A stretch of DNA of 64,000 bases from the NCBI RefSeq assembly GCF_009914755.1, contig NC_060939.1. The stretch is one strand, 5' to 3'. Under the pieces are notes generated by a model. It was given only the letters and a program-made list of their open reading frames with translations. It did no database searches and was not told the DNA's origin. Source of the stretch: the human T2T-CHM13v2.0 reference genome, Homo sapiens. Shown one piece after another: positions 1-13,283 of the stretch. Positions within the stretch are counted from its first letter, which is position 1. The number at the start of each line of letters is the position of its first letter. The position numbers and the translations under genes were made by a program.

Positions 1-259
1 AGGTAGAAACCCTGGATGAAAAAAATCCCAGAGCATTCTTGGTCATAGTTTGGTGGTGCCTCGAAAGAGAAAAGATCTTGTAATCCCCAGGATGACATTC
101 ATTTTGGCAACCACTCATAAAGACTTCTTATAAAGTTACAGGGTGCTCTTGGAACCATGGTGGCCTTGTCCAACTTGTTTAAACTCTACTTGTTGATGAA
201 GAATCTCCAAGATATGTGGTTAAGAGAAACGACCATGGTGTAGACCAGGGTGCATAGTA

Positions 260-475
260 TATGGCTATGTGGTTAAAGCTAAAAAGAACATCTGTAAATG
301 TGCATATATGGTATATATAGGGAAAGATATACAAAAGCTGGCAAGCTTGCGTCAGGGAAGATGAGCCCAATGGCCACGGTCCAGGGTAGGAGAGGGACTT
401 GCTTTTTACTGTATAGTCTTTTGTATCTTTTGAAATTTATACCATGTACCTGCATTATCAGTTCCAAAAAATTAG
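260..475 (+). mobile_element. Old L1 (L1ME/L1MC-like) 3' end fragment
   Basis: Degenerate L1M 3' terminus: 'cttttgtatcttttgaaatttataccatgtacctgcattatc...aaaaaatt'. Confidence 0.45.
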
Positions 476-1374
476 TTGAAACCAGTAACTGAAAAAATAA
501 CTACTTAATGAGCCCTCTGTCTACCCTTTTGGAACCCAGCTTTCTAAAAGAAGACAAAACTTACCAAACCAACTTATAGAGAAAAGTACTCTCACCCCTA
601 GCTCATTTTCATTCCCTGGCTGACCTACCAGCAGAACCTCCGCCCCCCTGCGGCCCGATACCATCATTTTTAATGAAGTTAATTTTTATTTTTATTTTTA
701 TTTTTACTATTTTGATAACCACTTTCTGTGAAATAATAGTTTTTTTTTTTCAAAACTTGGCTCATATCTCCTTTTATGTTAGCAGTCATGGCATAGAAAA
801 GCTGCCCACAGAATGACATACATCAAAAACAGTTTTCTGTTTAGACGGATAGCTTTAAGTGTGTGCAAACAGGTGCCTCTATGTGTGGAAGGAAGACATG
901 CTAGATTATTTGGGGTCCACCTGCAGAGGAATGAGCTAATTTACAGAAGAGTGAAGCAGGCTCTGCACTGAAGGCCAGGGTTAAGGCATATAGCTAATGA
1001 TAAAATAAATGAATGTGACTTTCTAAAAATGTCATGGGGGAGAAGAAAATGAGGAGGAAGGGAAAACTGGCCTCTATAATCTTGTAATGTTACAAATAGA
1101 ATTGCCATGTGACTCAGATCTTCTCAGAGGTTAGAGGGCATAGGTCACTTTTTTAGTGGTGCATCTTTGTCATTAGACGAAGAATAATTGGGAGGAAATG
1201 ATTTCACCCCAGAGTTTAAATTCCTCGGTCACTGCCTCATTTTCTTCCATAGATCCATAGGAATCTCCTGGGAGTGAAGTGGAGCCTGTGCATTTCCTAG
1301 AGTTGGGCTTTTTGGGGTTTTGGTTTGGATCTATGGTGTTGCTCTCTTGGGGACAGAAAGTATGGACAGGGCAC

Positions 1375-1560
1375 AGGCGCAGAGACAGGTCACTCTCTGT
1401 GTTTCATTCCCGTCCTGACACTTTCTAGCTGTGTAGCTTTAGATAAGCCACGGGACATTTGTGGATTTGAGTTTTTGCATCTGTACAATGAGTTACTAAT
1501 ACTAAGCTGGAAGGGTGCTAAGGGGACTGAGTGTGAAAATTGGTATCAAGCTCTAAGAAG
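1375..1560 (+). mobile_element. MIR SINE
   Basis: MIR core 'ctagctgtgtagctttagataagccac...gagtttttgcatctgtacaatgag'. Confidence 0.65.
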
Positions 1561-2291
1561 CGTTTCCTTTCCTTTTGCAGAGAGTGCTAGAAGGGAGACT
1601 GCTGTCCCCACAATGGCTGCAGCCCCATTCCTTTTTCCAAGCTGCCTGGGTGAACATTCCAGGATCCTGACATTCTGTGGAAATTGATGAGTGCTTGCTC
1701 AAAGGTCGATGATGTGCTACAGATGGCATCACCTGTTAGAGACAGAGCTTTCTCAAGAGGAGCTTTGATTTCCTTTACTTCCCGAACTGCTATTTCACAG
1801 TCTCTCAGTAGATGTCAGCAGCACAGCAAACATCTCACTGCCCATCATGGAAGCAGGTTGGTTCAAAAACTTTTCCAATTAAAGAAAAAAAAAAAAAAGG
1901 AATTAGTTCTTTCCTTTGCAATTTTCTTCAGAAGCCCCAGAACCAAAATGGTAAGATCTAGTGGCTTCAAAGTAGATTCCTGAGAGGATTACTCAGGGTG
2001 TGTTTGCATTTTAAAGACAACCTTTTATTCCCTGTAATGAAAACATCACCCCTGAGATGGCTAGGGATTATAGCAACCTTTTTGGAATTTTCGGCAAGTT
2101 TATCTCACATTTACTCTCTAGGCAAGAGTGAAATAATAGAAGATGTCCAATATTTTGCTTCTTCCTGTGAAGTAAATCAAAACCCTGGGAATGTTTTCTC
2201 CTAAGTTAATTAACTGATGTGTCCTCCTCTATATCTTCATTATATTCAATTAACCCTCTGATTGCTACTACAGACAACTGCCACAAGCTCA

Positions 2292-2507
<216 letters not shown>

Positions 2508-3694
2508 CTAGCAATATTTTGAGGTGATGTCCACCCAGGCTTTGCTTATGACATTTCCTACCTAAGCTGACTCCCCTTCCTGCTCCCTCCATTCTTGCCT
2601 GCCCAGCCCCAGGTATGATAGGAGCAAGGTCAGCACTGCTAAAGGTGGGAATGTCTCCATTGATGTACCTACCCTTTTGTCCCCAGTAATATAAAATTTT
2701 GCTCTGAAACTTTACTTGAGATTAAATTGGCTCTTGGGTATTATATTTACCTTGCTTCTGTTCCTTATGGCTTTTTACTGTGAGGAAGTTTGCTCCTTGA
2801 TTCGTCATGTTATTTTTTGGCATTAATGTTCATTTCTTGCTGTTGCATTTAAATGGTATGTCTCTTGATCACTGCATTTTTCGGTGCCCCCTTCAATTTT
2901 ACACCAAGGAGCGTGCCTCACTTGCTCCCCCTAGTCCTGGCCCTGGGAAGAATGCACCACCAGGTTCATCCACAGCAGAGGGGCCCCATGGGCTTCCCAG
3001 AGGCCCCGTGGGTTCCCAGATGGGCAGTGTTGTCTCACCCACTGTCTTCAGGAGGAGCTAGCCTTCCTCCGGAGAAGGCTTCTGCGCTGCAGGACTGAGT
3101 GCAGGGCTCGCAGAGCCTGTTGGGGGAGCTGGAGCCAGTGTCTCTGCACACAGTGGGCGGCCGCTCTGATTGCCCATCTAAGGAAATGCTGGGGTCCTGT
3201 AGGAGTCAGCTGCTGTAAACTCCTACGGCCTTTTGGTGAGAAACCAAAAGCAAAAGCAAAGTGTGTTTCTCCATTTCCAGGATTAAAATTAAGCAAAACC
3301 AGACTTTCTTTTTCTTTTTCCCTTTATTTTTTATTTTTTATTTTTATTTTTTGGTACATGGAGGTAGTGCGAATGCGTGTCTTAGGCAGCCGGGGAAGGG
3401 GGCAAAGGATGGGTCCTGCCCAGTGCTGGGCAGTTGCCAGCTGGCGGCTGCAGCAGTGTTGCTCCTCAGACCCAGGGCCAGAGCTGGCAACATCAATGGT
3501 AGGGAATAAAGCTCAGTGGGTACGTGGTGCCGGGAGCCTGGCTGAGCGGAGACCTCCCAGTGAAGGCTGCCTCCTCCCTGTGCCCCAGGCTCGTTTGGAT
3601 CTGGAACTGCAGGTGCATACACGCTCCTTGTAGGTTTCTTATTGAAAAAGCAAGAGTGGACCAGAGTGTTGTTATCAACATGGTGTCATGAAAC

Positions 3695-3885
3695 AAGGTC
3701 AGACTTGGATGTAGAAGGCCTGATTGCAGGCCCAGCCCTACCCGTGGCTGGTTGTGGTGCCTTAAGTAAGTCACTGGGCCTCCCAGAGACTCACCACCAA
3801 CCTGCAAACTGGGGAGAATAGAATTTATGCTGCCCACCCTAGAGATATTCGTGAGACTTGACTGGTTAATATTTGCGAAGGTAAA
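3695..3885 (+). mobile_element. MIR SINE
   Basis: 'gccttaagtaagtcactgggcctccca...acctgcaaactggggagaata' is MIR core-like. Confidence 0.55.
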
Positions 3886-4469
3886 GGTGTGTATAAGGTA
3901 TAAAGACTCCACAAACAGAGGCATGATTGCTGTTGTGGTGGTTATTGTTATTATCATTTGCTCCAACTCACAGTCCATGGTCTTACAATGTTGCTTACTT
4001 CCTAATTAAGTAGGGAATTTACTATATATCTTTGAGCCTGCCATGGTGCAAGGTTCTGTGCTGTAAAGCAGATAATGTGTCTTCCCACGAAGGGCCTAGG
4101 AATAGGACAAATATATAGAAAACGGGAAGGTATGCTAGAAAGGGACACTATTTCAGGAGAGACAAGCAAGGGAGGAGCTGTTGCTTCCAGTTGGAGGAAG
4201 CCGGGAAGACTTCATGTAGAAGTAGTACTGGAGCTGAGGCGGTAAGAAAGAGGTGGGACATTTGCAGAGTGAGCTGGGGGGGATGGGAAGGCATTGCACA
4301 GGCAAACAGAAGCTGGGCCCTGCTGGGGAATGTATAGGGAAGCTGAGCCTTTCTTTGGTTGGACTGTGGGCAAACGAAGCGAATAGTGGGGCAAAATGTT
4401 GGAAAGTATGTAGGGGCCGGTCTGGTGGGGGGTGGGGATCTGATAGAGGTTGCTGTTGGCTTGACTAGG

Positions 4470-4745
4470 TTGCCTCTCAAATTCAGGTGTTGCTAATGTG
4501 ATGTTATGAGGGGCCTTTAGGAGATGATTAGGCCATGAGGGCTCCTCCCTCATGAATAAAAGAGGCTTTGCGAGCTTTGGGCTTGCTTGCTCTTCCACTG
4601 CGTGAGGATGTAGCCCTCATCAGACCCCACATGCTGGTGCCTGGATCTTGGACTTCCAGCCTTCAGAACTGTGAGCAATAACTTTCTGTTCTTTACAAGT
4701 GACCCAGTCTGGTGTTTGCGATAGTAGCGTAAGTGGACTAAGACA
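4470..4745 (+). mobile_element. ERVL-MaLR solo LTR (MLT1A/MST-like)
   Basis: 'gattaggccatgagggctcctccctcatgaat', 'atcttggacttccagccttcagaactgtgagcaataa' and canonical end 'ggactaagaca'. Confidence 0.85.
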
Positions 4746-5059
4746 TGGTGGAAGGAGCATAGGCTTGGTTATTTGGGCAGCTTTGTCCCTGAGAGTGAGC
4801 AGGAAGTAGCAGAATGTGATGTCCATATTAAATCTGTGTGAGTAGGACGCAGGTCCTCTGCTGGTTTTTCCAGGCTCTGGGTACCACTGTTTTGCATCCT
4901 TTTCCTTACGGGCCTCACTGATGTATGCTGAGGGCTCTCAGGGTGTCCAACCTGCCTTGGATTAGAAGATCCTTTATCTGCTTCCTCAGGGCCTTTGGGG
5001 CTCAGAATGTGAGCAGTCCAGCAAGTCTATGTCGTGCACCTTCTGTGATTCAGACCCTA

Positions 5060-5620
5060 GGCCAGGGCCAGGGGTTCCAACTGTGAATGAGATTCAGTTC
5101 CTACCCTGAATCTAGTGGGAGAAAGAGTCAGGGATCGGGGGCTGTCATGCAGGGTGGTAACTGCTAACCAGAGTGTTGGGGAGCACAGGGCTGGTGCCTA
5201 AAGGGGGCTTGGGAGCAGGTGGAGAGTGAAGGGTCAGGAGGGACTTAGAAGGGAAGGAAACTGGGCTGCAACCTAGAGTCTAGGTAGAGTTATCCGGCTA
5301 ACGTAGTGAGGATGGGCCGGGCAGGCTAAGCATGCTCCAGGGGTTGAGAGGGCAGGATGTGGGGGAACTTGCAAGAATCTGAGTGGAACTGGAGCCTAGC
5401 ATTCAGGGACTGATGCCGTAGGCAGGTCAAAGTGCTCAATTTGCTTCTGAGGTCTGATTGTTGGAGAGACTTGGTCAGATTTACCCTATAGAAAGGGGAC
5501 TTTGGGCAGAGTGAGGATGACTTGAGAATTGGCACAGGAATGCAGGACCTATCATAGATTCCAAGTAGGATCAGTAGGACTTGCTTTGAGGTTGGGAGTA
5601 AGGCAGAGGGAAAGTCAGAG
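5060..5620 (-). mobile_element. L2 LINE fragments
   Basis: Purine-rich decayed sequence typical of the L2 3' region in reverse ('gttcctaccctgaatctagtgggagaaaga'). Confidence 0.45.
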
Positions 5621-6452
5621 ACTGACACCTACTAAATTTCATCTTAGACCTCTATGCTAAAATGTTGTCTGTGAGGATTTTAGATCAATTTAAATTTAAT
5701 CCTCTATTCATTCCAAATCTAATGGGTCCTAAATGCACCCAAGTGTTTGAACTTCACAATTGTGATCCTGATTGTTTGCGAGCGCTAGTGTTGGACGTTC
5801 CCATACTTTGCGACGTTAGCACTACAGAAGGGACCCTAGAGAGCAATACCCAACCTCCTCCTTGTACAGGTGAGGAAGCTGAGGCCCCTCAAGTAGAAGA
5901 GGCTCATTTAAAGTCTCTGACCTTAAAGCAGGTGAAATGAGTGGTTGGGGCTGGGAGGTGTTTGCTCACCAGAGTGTCGGGGAGGGTCTCACCTTTCTCT
6001 TGGCCTTCTGTGTTGGCTGTCAGTATAAGGCCCAATGTCATCTCTGCCTCCACTCTATGTATATCCCAAGTTGTGTCTGCTGGAAACAGAAGCTGATTTC
6101 AGGGCAACCCCATGGCAGTTCAGCAGGGCTGACAGTGTCTCCCACATGCAATGCTATGGAGCAGCCATCACCCACCTCGGCATTGCTCTGCCATGAAAAG
6201 CCTTCCGGTGTCATGTGTGCCTGGGAAGTGCTGCGCCCTAGCCATCTCCCTCTTGGCAACTCACAATACGTGCAGCACACTAAGGCATCTAAAGAGATGC
6301 TTACTTAGCTTAATTTATCCCAGTGTCTCCCAATCTTCTTTATCCGTAGAATCCTTATTTTTTTTCTATTAGCATCCCAGGGAAGCAGAGTCTGAAGAAC
6401 GCCTGGGAAAATGGTCTCCAGGTGGTTCTAATATAAGACAGGTTGAGGCTTT

Positions 6453-6863
6453 GCTGCATCTTACGAATTCCCCCAGGTGATTCATATGCACACTTAAGTT
6501 TGAGAGGCCCTGTTCGAAGTCACCTGTTCTCAAACGTGGCAGGCCATGCATTGGAATCAAGTGCGGAGCTTTCATAAATACAGATACCTGGGTGCCATTG
6601 CCAGGGGTTCTGGGGATAAGGCTGTGGGGGTAGTGAATTTTTAACACTGGTATGGCAAAGTAAGCATAATATAAACTTTATCACTTTAATCATTTTTAAG
6701 TGTACAACTCGGTGGCACTAAGAACAATCACAATGTTGTGCGACCATTATCGTGTCCATAACTTTTTCATAATCCTAAACAAAATTCTGTGCTCAAACAA
6801 TACGGGCAACGGAATTTTAAAAAGCTGTCCAGCTGACTGTAAATGCACGAGAGTCTGAGAACC
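6453..6863. mobile_element. MER5-family hAT-Charlie MITE cluster; the second copy is interrupted by an L1 fragment
   Basis: 'cccccaggtgattcatatgcacacttaagtttgaga', 'gttctcaaacgtggc...gcattggaatca' and terminal 'gagtctgagaacca'. Confidence 0.7.
6650..6805 (-). mobile_element. L1MB-like 3' end fragment inserted in MER5
   Basis: 'tttaatcatttttaagtgtacaactcggtggcactaag...cacaatgttgtgcgaccatt'; flanks GAATTTTTAAC / GAATTTTAAAA. Confidence 0.75.
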
Positions 6864-7156
6864 AACCATCCAGACAAACCGATCACTACATTTAGAATGT
6901 TCACCAAAGGCTGTGAGCCCTTTTAGAGCGAAGCCTGGGCTTTGCACCCCAAAAGACTTTCATTCAAACATAGACTTTCTGATGTTGCCAGGTCAACCTC
7001 TCAGAAGGTCTGTTCCATTTACATAAATGTGCAACAATACCTTGGAGTGTTGTGGCAACAATTATCTGAGAGCCTAAGGAAAGCATCTGGTCTGGCGTCT
7101 GGCCTCAAAATGTCAATGAAGAATCACAACTATTATGCTATGTTATTTGGAAAGGC

Positions 7157-7390
7157 AGTTTAGCATTGCAAAAAGAACACAGGTTTTGGAGTTTATCTGA
7201 GATACCTGAAAAATCCTGGCTTCACTTATTTAACAAGAATAGGTTATTGTATCACTCTGAACATGATCTCTTTTCTGTAAAATGGGGATAACACTACCCA
7301 CCTCACCTCATAGTATTGTGAGAATTAAATCAGACAAACATGTATGGTGCCTGGCACATAGTAGGTGCTCAATAAATGGTGGTAGTTATT
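7157..7390 (+). mobile_element. MIR SINE (near full length)
   Basis: 'tctgtaaaatggggataa...cctcatagtattgtgagaattaaat...gtgcctggcacatagtaggtgctcaataaatggt'. Confidence 0.85.
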
Positions 7391-9329
7391 TACCTACGGG
7401 AGATGTGTCATTACTTATAATGAATGGAGTGCTTTAATTTTTCTCTATCATTTGTTATCCAAAGTTAAAAGAATCATAGACTTTTAACACTGAAATAGTT
7501 TTGAGATGAAGAATTAGTCTTGAGGCTTTGAAATGTCCCCCTTTTATGCAGTACCATATGGGAAGCAACTGTTATATAGTTATTAGAGTTCAAATATCTG
7601 GGCTCTTATTAGTGGTTTGTTCTTGAGAAAGTTAAACTCTCAGGGAATTGGCTTCTTCATCTGAAAAAATGGAACACCTAAAAATGATATATGTATATCA
7701 ACACATGTGTGAATTTGAATATGAGAAGTTTTTCCAGTCTCATGCCTTTCAGGGACCTATCAAAATTTCGTTCTTTCCATTCCCCATGATTTTGCTAAGT
7801 TTCCAGGGTCCGGGATAGACCTCCTCCTCTTCCCTGCCGTCCCCAAATCAGGGCCCCTTCCATTGCCTGAAGGGTCTGACATACGCATAACACTTTTAGT
7901 CATGATCACCTTGTTCTCACAGATGTCCATTAAATCAAAAATTCTTCTCGGCATCCTCTCCATTTACTCTGAACCCTCAACCACATAAAGATCTCTCCTA
8001 AAACAGGATCAATTTTGTTTGGGCTAAGATGATTCTGGTAATATATACACAGTCTGAACCTCCAGGAGGAAATGTCAACATGTTATTAATACTATTCAAA
8101 ATATATACTGTCACATATGTTTTCCAATTTCTAATCGTATGTGTCAGTTTATTCGATCATTGTGTGGCATGTGGGGTTATATTTGTACTTCTCATGCATG
8201 CTTTTTACAGTATTGTAGTCAGGATGAATTATGCTTGAAGGTTTGTAGACTTTTTGTTCTTGATGGCGTAGCTTTGATTTATCATCAAAATGACCTTGGT
8301 TACATGATTAAACCAAATGTTATCTTCTTTTCATGGATGTTTTGGAATGTATCATGCTGATAAATACTAGTGATTTAAGATTGAGCCCCATGCTAAAAAA
8401 TGTCTCTTTCGTTACTAGATGTTGTGTTTAAAAGACATCAGTGAAAATTAAGACACGGAGTCATATTACCAAAAATAGTTCAAAATTGCTGAAGAGTGTG
8501 TGCGTGTGTTGAGAGGTAGTGGGAAGTAAATCTGAGGGGTCCACGGGGATGAGGTCACGAAGGGCCTGAAATCCTAGGCCAAAGATTGGCACTTTATTCT
8601 GTGGACTAGGTGTCACAAATATGAATGTGACCAGGCAGCAAAGAATGAAGCAACAGTGAATGAAGAGGTCTAGTAGAAAAAATGGTATCTTTGACTATAC
8701 TTTTTCTAATCTGACACCATTTTCTAATACAATGTGTAGGAAAAAATTGCATGTCTACAAAGAACGGTGCATTCTCGTATTTCCATAAGAGTGGCCCTTG
8801 TGAACTATTTTCCACTCCTGACAGAGGCAAAGAGAAATTTGTCTACTGTAAGAAAAATCACAGTGTGCATGGCACACAGTGTGATGGCAACACATTCTCA
8901 CTTCAATGTTGGGGGGGCAGAGTCCAGGGGACTGTGACTGATTATACCCTTCAGGCTCTGCCGCCGGAACTGTCCGGGGAGGGGTCGGCTTTTGTTCAGT
9001 TCTAGCTAAGGTGGTGTTTCTGAGGGAATACAAGCCCCATGTGGATAGGTCTGAGTTTCTGAGAAATGTCAGAAATGTACTTTGTGTGAAATCTCTCATT
9101 TTAAATGTTTGCCCAACAACATGTGCATGTAAACCACAGGCACATAACCCACGTCTGTAAACTGGATTCCATCCAGGGATGGCCAGCTTTAAACTAGTGC
9201 AATCAAAGGGCTTTAAGGATCTCAGTAATGTGATCTATTTACATTTCAAGAAAATTTACATCTAGTAGCTGTTAATTCAAAGGGTGCTCTTTGGTTCAAG
9301 TAATATCATTGGCATATTTTAAAAAAATG

Positions 9330-9716
9330 TATTTGACAAATACTCATATGATAACTATGCCCAGGAACTGTTCCAAATGTTTTGCCAAGCTGGGTACAGT
9401 GACTTGGAACTGTAATCTCAGCCACTTGAGAGACTGAGGAGAGAGGATCTCTCCATCCCAGGAATTCGAGGCTGCAGTGAGCTATTTGATTTTGCCACTG
9501 CACTCCAGTCTGGGAAACAGAGTGAGACTGTTTCTATAATTAAGTAAATAAATGTTTTGCCAACATTTACTACTGTCAACAGACATGTATGATCAGTCCT
9601 ATTCTCCCCATTTTATAGACGAGAACTGAGGTACAAGGTCAGCTAGTAAGAGACAGAGCTGGGATTTGAATTCACGCAGTCTGGCTCCAGAATATGGTAT
9701 TTAACCACTATGCCAT
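9330..9716 (-). mobile_element. MIR SINE split by a monomeric Alu
   Basis: 'tccccattttatagacgagaactgagg...cagagctgggatttgaattcacgcagtctggctccaga'. Confidence 0.75.
9389..9549 (+). mobile_element. Free Alu monomer (FAM/FRAM-like) with perfect 14-bp TSD
   Basis: Single arm 'gctgggtacagtgacttggaactgtaatctcagc...gaggctgcagtgagctat...ccactgcactccagtctggg'; AAATGTTTTGCCAA at 9375-9388 and 9550-9563. Confidence 0.9.
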
Positions 9717-10043
9717 GTTGCCTATTAACAGTAACTAAAATGGTTTATAATGTATCCAGAAGATTGTGTATGTGTGTTATGGAAAGTAAAGGTTTGACAT
9801 ATGATTATATTCTGATTGTGGTTGAAGAAAAAGTCTGTTGGTTAAACAACATTGCTAAAGGAAGAGAATATTGGTTCCTTTAGAACAGTAAGAATTAAGG
9901 TATCTGTTGAAAGAGTAGAAAACTACATCAGAGTCGCATGGTAGCCCTTCTCCACCTGCAGCTGCATGTGCAACTCCTTTTCGCCTCTTTGAGAGACTCC
10001 TGATAATGTGAATTTCCAGCTTGCCTGGAACATTAACTACCTA

Positions 10044-10878
10044 TGTATTCATTTTATATGGTTGCTATCACAAATTACCATAGTCTTAGTAGCTTAAAAC
10101 AACACAAATTTATTATCTTTCAGTTCTAGAGCTCAGAAGTCCAAAACAGGTGTTGTAAGGCTAATATCAAAGTGTTGGCTAAAATCAAGGGCCGCATGCC
10201 TACTGAAGGCTCTCAGGGGGAATCTGTTCCATGCCTTTTGTAGTGTATAGAAGCCACCAGCATTCCTTATCTTGTGACCCTTTTCTTCATCTTGAAAGCC
10301 AGGTGGCATCTACAGATGTCTCTGCTACTCTGACCCTCATGGCTTTCTCTTATACAGACCCTTGGGATTCCACTGGGCCCATTTGAATAATTCGGGATAA
10401 TCTCCTGTTTTAGTCTGCTAGGGCTGGCATAATGAAATATCATGGACTAGATGGTTGAAACAACAGAAATTTCTTCTCTCACACTTCTGGAGGCTGAAAG
10501 TTGAAGGCCAAGGTACTGGCAGAGTTGGTTTATCCTGAGGCCTCTCTCCTAGGCTTGCACATGGCTGCCGTCTCACTATGTCCTCACTTGCATACACCCC
10601 TGGAGTCTCCTCCTTATAAGGACACCAGTTATATTGGATTAGGGCCCCACCCTGAAGACCTCATTTAACCTTAATTATCTCCTGAAGGGTTCTGTCTCCA
10701 AACATAGTCACCTTAGGGGTTTGGGCTTCAACATTTAAATTTTGTATGACATGGATCCATCTCAAGATCCTTAGTTTTATCACATGTGTGAAGTTCCTTT
10801 TGCTGTGTAAGAGAACATACTTGCCAGGGACTGGTGATTAGGACATGGACGTTTTCGGGAGTGCCATTACTTTGTCAC
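10044..10878 (-). mobile_element. MaLR solo LTR (MLT1D/C-like) interrupted by a second LTR
   Basis: 'caaattacca...gcttaaaacaacacaaatttattatct..cagttct'; breaks at 'gataatctcc' and resumes at 'ccatctcaagatcctta'. Confidence 0.85.
10406..10752 (-). mobile_element. MaLR solo LTR (MLT1B-like) nested in the previous LTR
   Basis: Starts 'tgttttagtctgctagggctg'; contains 'cttataaggacaccagttatattggattagggccccaccct...acctcatttaaccttaattat'. Confidence 0.85.
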
Positions 10879-11369
10879 ATCTTCTGAGCCTCAAATTCCT
10901 AATCTGAAGAGTGAGTTATCCTCTAAAATATCAAACTCAAAAATTCTACAACTCTAATTGCAAGTTCAGAGAACATATCTAGGTGGAGAACCCCCAAGCC
11001 TTTTTTTCTCTGTGAAAAATCCAATTTTTTTTTGACATAAAGAATTAGTCATGTAGCCTGTGAGAACTCTGAACAGCAGGAGGATGAGTACCCTAATGTT
11101 TCTCCTCAGTTCTGGTACACTCTAGGGCCCCTTGATGTGTGTCTTACTGCCCATGTGGTAAGGGCTGGGGAGTGGGGAGGTAGAAACCAACCTTCTTGTT
11201 TCTGTAGGAAAGAGTGTCCTAAATACCAATTGCCTACTCGGGTCTCTTCTCCTGCCCAGCACTGAGAATGGGCCTCCTCTGGCTGCTGATTCCCCTGAGG
11301 GATGAAACGTTCACTTTTCTTGAGGCCACAGAGCAAGTAACTGAGGAGGCAAATATAGGCTCTAATGGA

Positions 11370-11655
11370 CTTAAGGAAATACGACAACTAAATGCAAAAT
11401 TGGACCTGGGATTGGATACTGGGCCAGAAAGAGATGATTAGTAGGACAATGGATGACGTTTGAGTAAGGTCTATAGCTCAGATAAGTATTGCAGACATGT
11501 TAATTTTGAAATCTTGATGATTGTACTGTGGTTATATAAGATGTTTGCATGTGGGGAATCAGAGATGAAGTGTGTTTGGGAATTTTTTGTACTATCTTTG
11601 CAACCTTTTTGGAAGTCTACTTCAAATTAAAAAGTTAAAAAACAAAAAAAAAAAG
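11370..11655 (+). mobile_element. Old L1 (L1MC/ME-like) 3' end with A tail
   Basis: 'caactaaatgcaa...ggattggatactgg...attgtactgtggttatataagatgtt...tgtactatctttgcaac' plus poly(A). Confidence 0.75.
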
Positions 11656-12948
11656 TAAAGTAACAGACTCTTGAGGGGTGCTGGTAATCATGTACGCTTC
11701 CCAAGCAGGGGAGTGAGCCCAGGCACGTGCACAGAGATAGGCCTCTGGGAGGGTCTGCAGCAGCTGGGCTGAGAACCCCATGTGCTGTGGCTGTTGTCCT
11801 GATTTTCCTGACGGGTGCTGGCTTACATCAAAATAACCCACGAGAGTGCTTTTGCTCTGATATAATTTCCATATGAGGAATGCTGTTGGGAGGACCTACC
11901 CTTGGATCTTGTGGTAGGGGTAGGCACAGGAGAACTTTGGAGCTCAACATGAAAGCTCAGATAGTCTGGGTCAAAATCAAAGTGTGTGTGGCTCAGTGGG
12001 CTAAAGGAGTGGACATTCCACTAATAACCAAATCCCCACAGGCAGATCACAAATTTACAAAGAATTCAAATACCAGGGAATACACTTAGTGCTAAACAAG
12101 TAGGCTAGGCACATTCTCAGCTTGCTTTGGTGATTCAGAGGCCCTTTAAGATTTTATAGGAAGAACATAATAGGCACCAGTGAGTACTGATGATACACAG
12201 AAGTGTTGGCTTTCACCCTTCTCTAGAAAGAACAGAATGTCTCAATTTCTTCTGATCTTGGTATTCTCTTTCATGCAGAACTAACTCATGAAGTAAAAAT
12301 TTCATTTGGGACTTCTGGTATACTTAAAGACTACAATAATGATCATGAAGGCGATGATGACTAAAAAGAGTAGTAGCCATCAAACTTTATTGCTTTTCAT
12401 AATTCAGAAGAATTTGAATACACTAATCTTTGTAAGTTATTAGGAGTATAGAGTGGAGGTCAAAAGGGTAAGAATGCTTCAAGCAGAATAGAGAAAGATC
12501 AAACAGACCTCTCCACACTCTGGGAAGAGGCGTTGGTTAACTTTATCTGGGAGCAATAGAAGATGAGCTGTGTCAAGTACAAACCCTTGGGACCCAGGGA
12601 TGAGGTCCTGGGAAACAGGGTCGAATCGGGGTCCTGGAGTCTGGTTCGAGCAGATATGTCTCTCTTTGTCTTGGACAGGAGTGAGGAGAATATGGGGAGA
12701 GGAACAGTTTTTTCTTTCACAATGTTGGGACTCACAATATGTATCTCCCCTGCCAAATGGCTTGTTCTTTATTTGTGCTATTTGTGATATGGTTGCTCTT
12801 GAAAATTTTTCAAGCTGGGCCACAGCTCATGAGTTTGGCTCATGGGTCAGCTACCCTAGTGCTAGATGGGATGAACATCTTTGGCCCTAGTGGCTATGGT
12901 CAGGAGTGCAGGGTCGCATGCAACTACTTTAGAAAATGTAGAGTTCCC

Positions 12949-13283
12949 AGCTGGGCGCGTTGTCTCATGCCTGTAATCCCAGCACTCTGGGAGGCTGAGG
13001 CGGGCAGATCAGCTGAGGTTAGGAGTTTGAGACCAGCCTGGCCAACATGGTGAAATCCTATCTCTATTAAAAATAAAAAAATTAGCTGGGCATGGTGGCC
13101 CATGCCTGTAGTCTCAGCTACCTGGGAGGCTGAGGTGGGAGTATTTTTTAACCCAGGAGGCGGAGATTGTGGTGAGCTGAGGTCACGCCATTGAACTCCA
13201 GCCTGGGAGACACAGTGAGATCCTGTCTCCAAAAAAAAAAAAAAATAAAAATAAAAAAAATAAAAATAAATAAATAAATAAAA
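12949..13283 (+). mobile_element. Full-length Alu (AluS/AluJ-like)
   Basis: Two arms, A-rich linker and a long A/AAAT tail. Confidence 0.97.

Noticed and set aside
2900-3640. CpG island
   Set aside because: GC-rich, but CpG density is visibly too low; kept only as a weak regulatory candidate.
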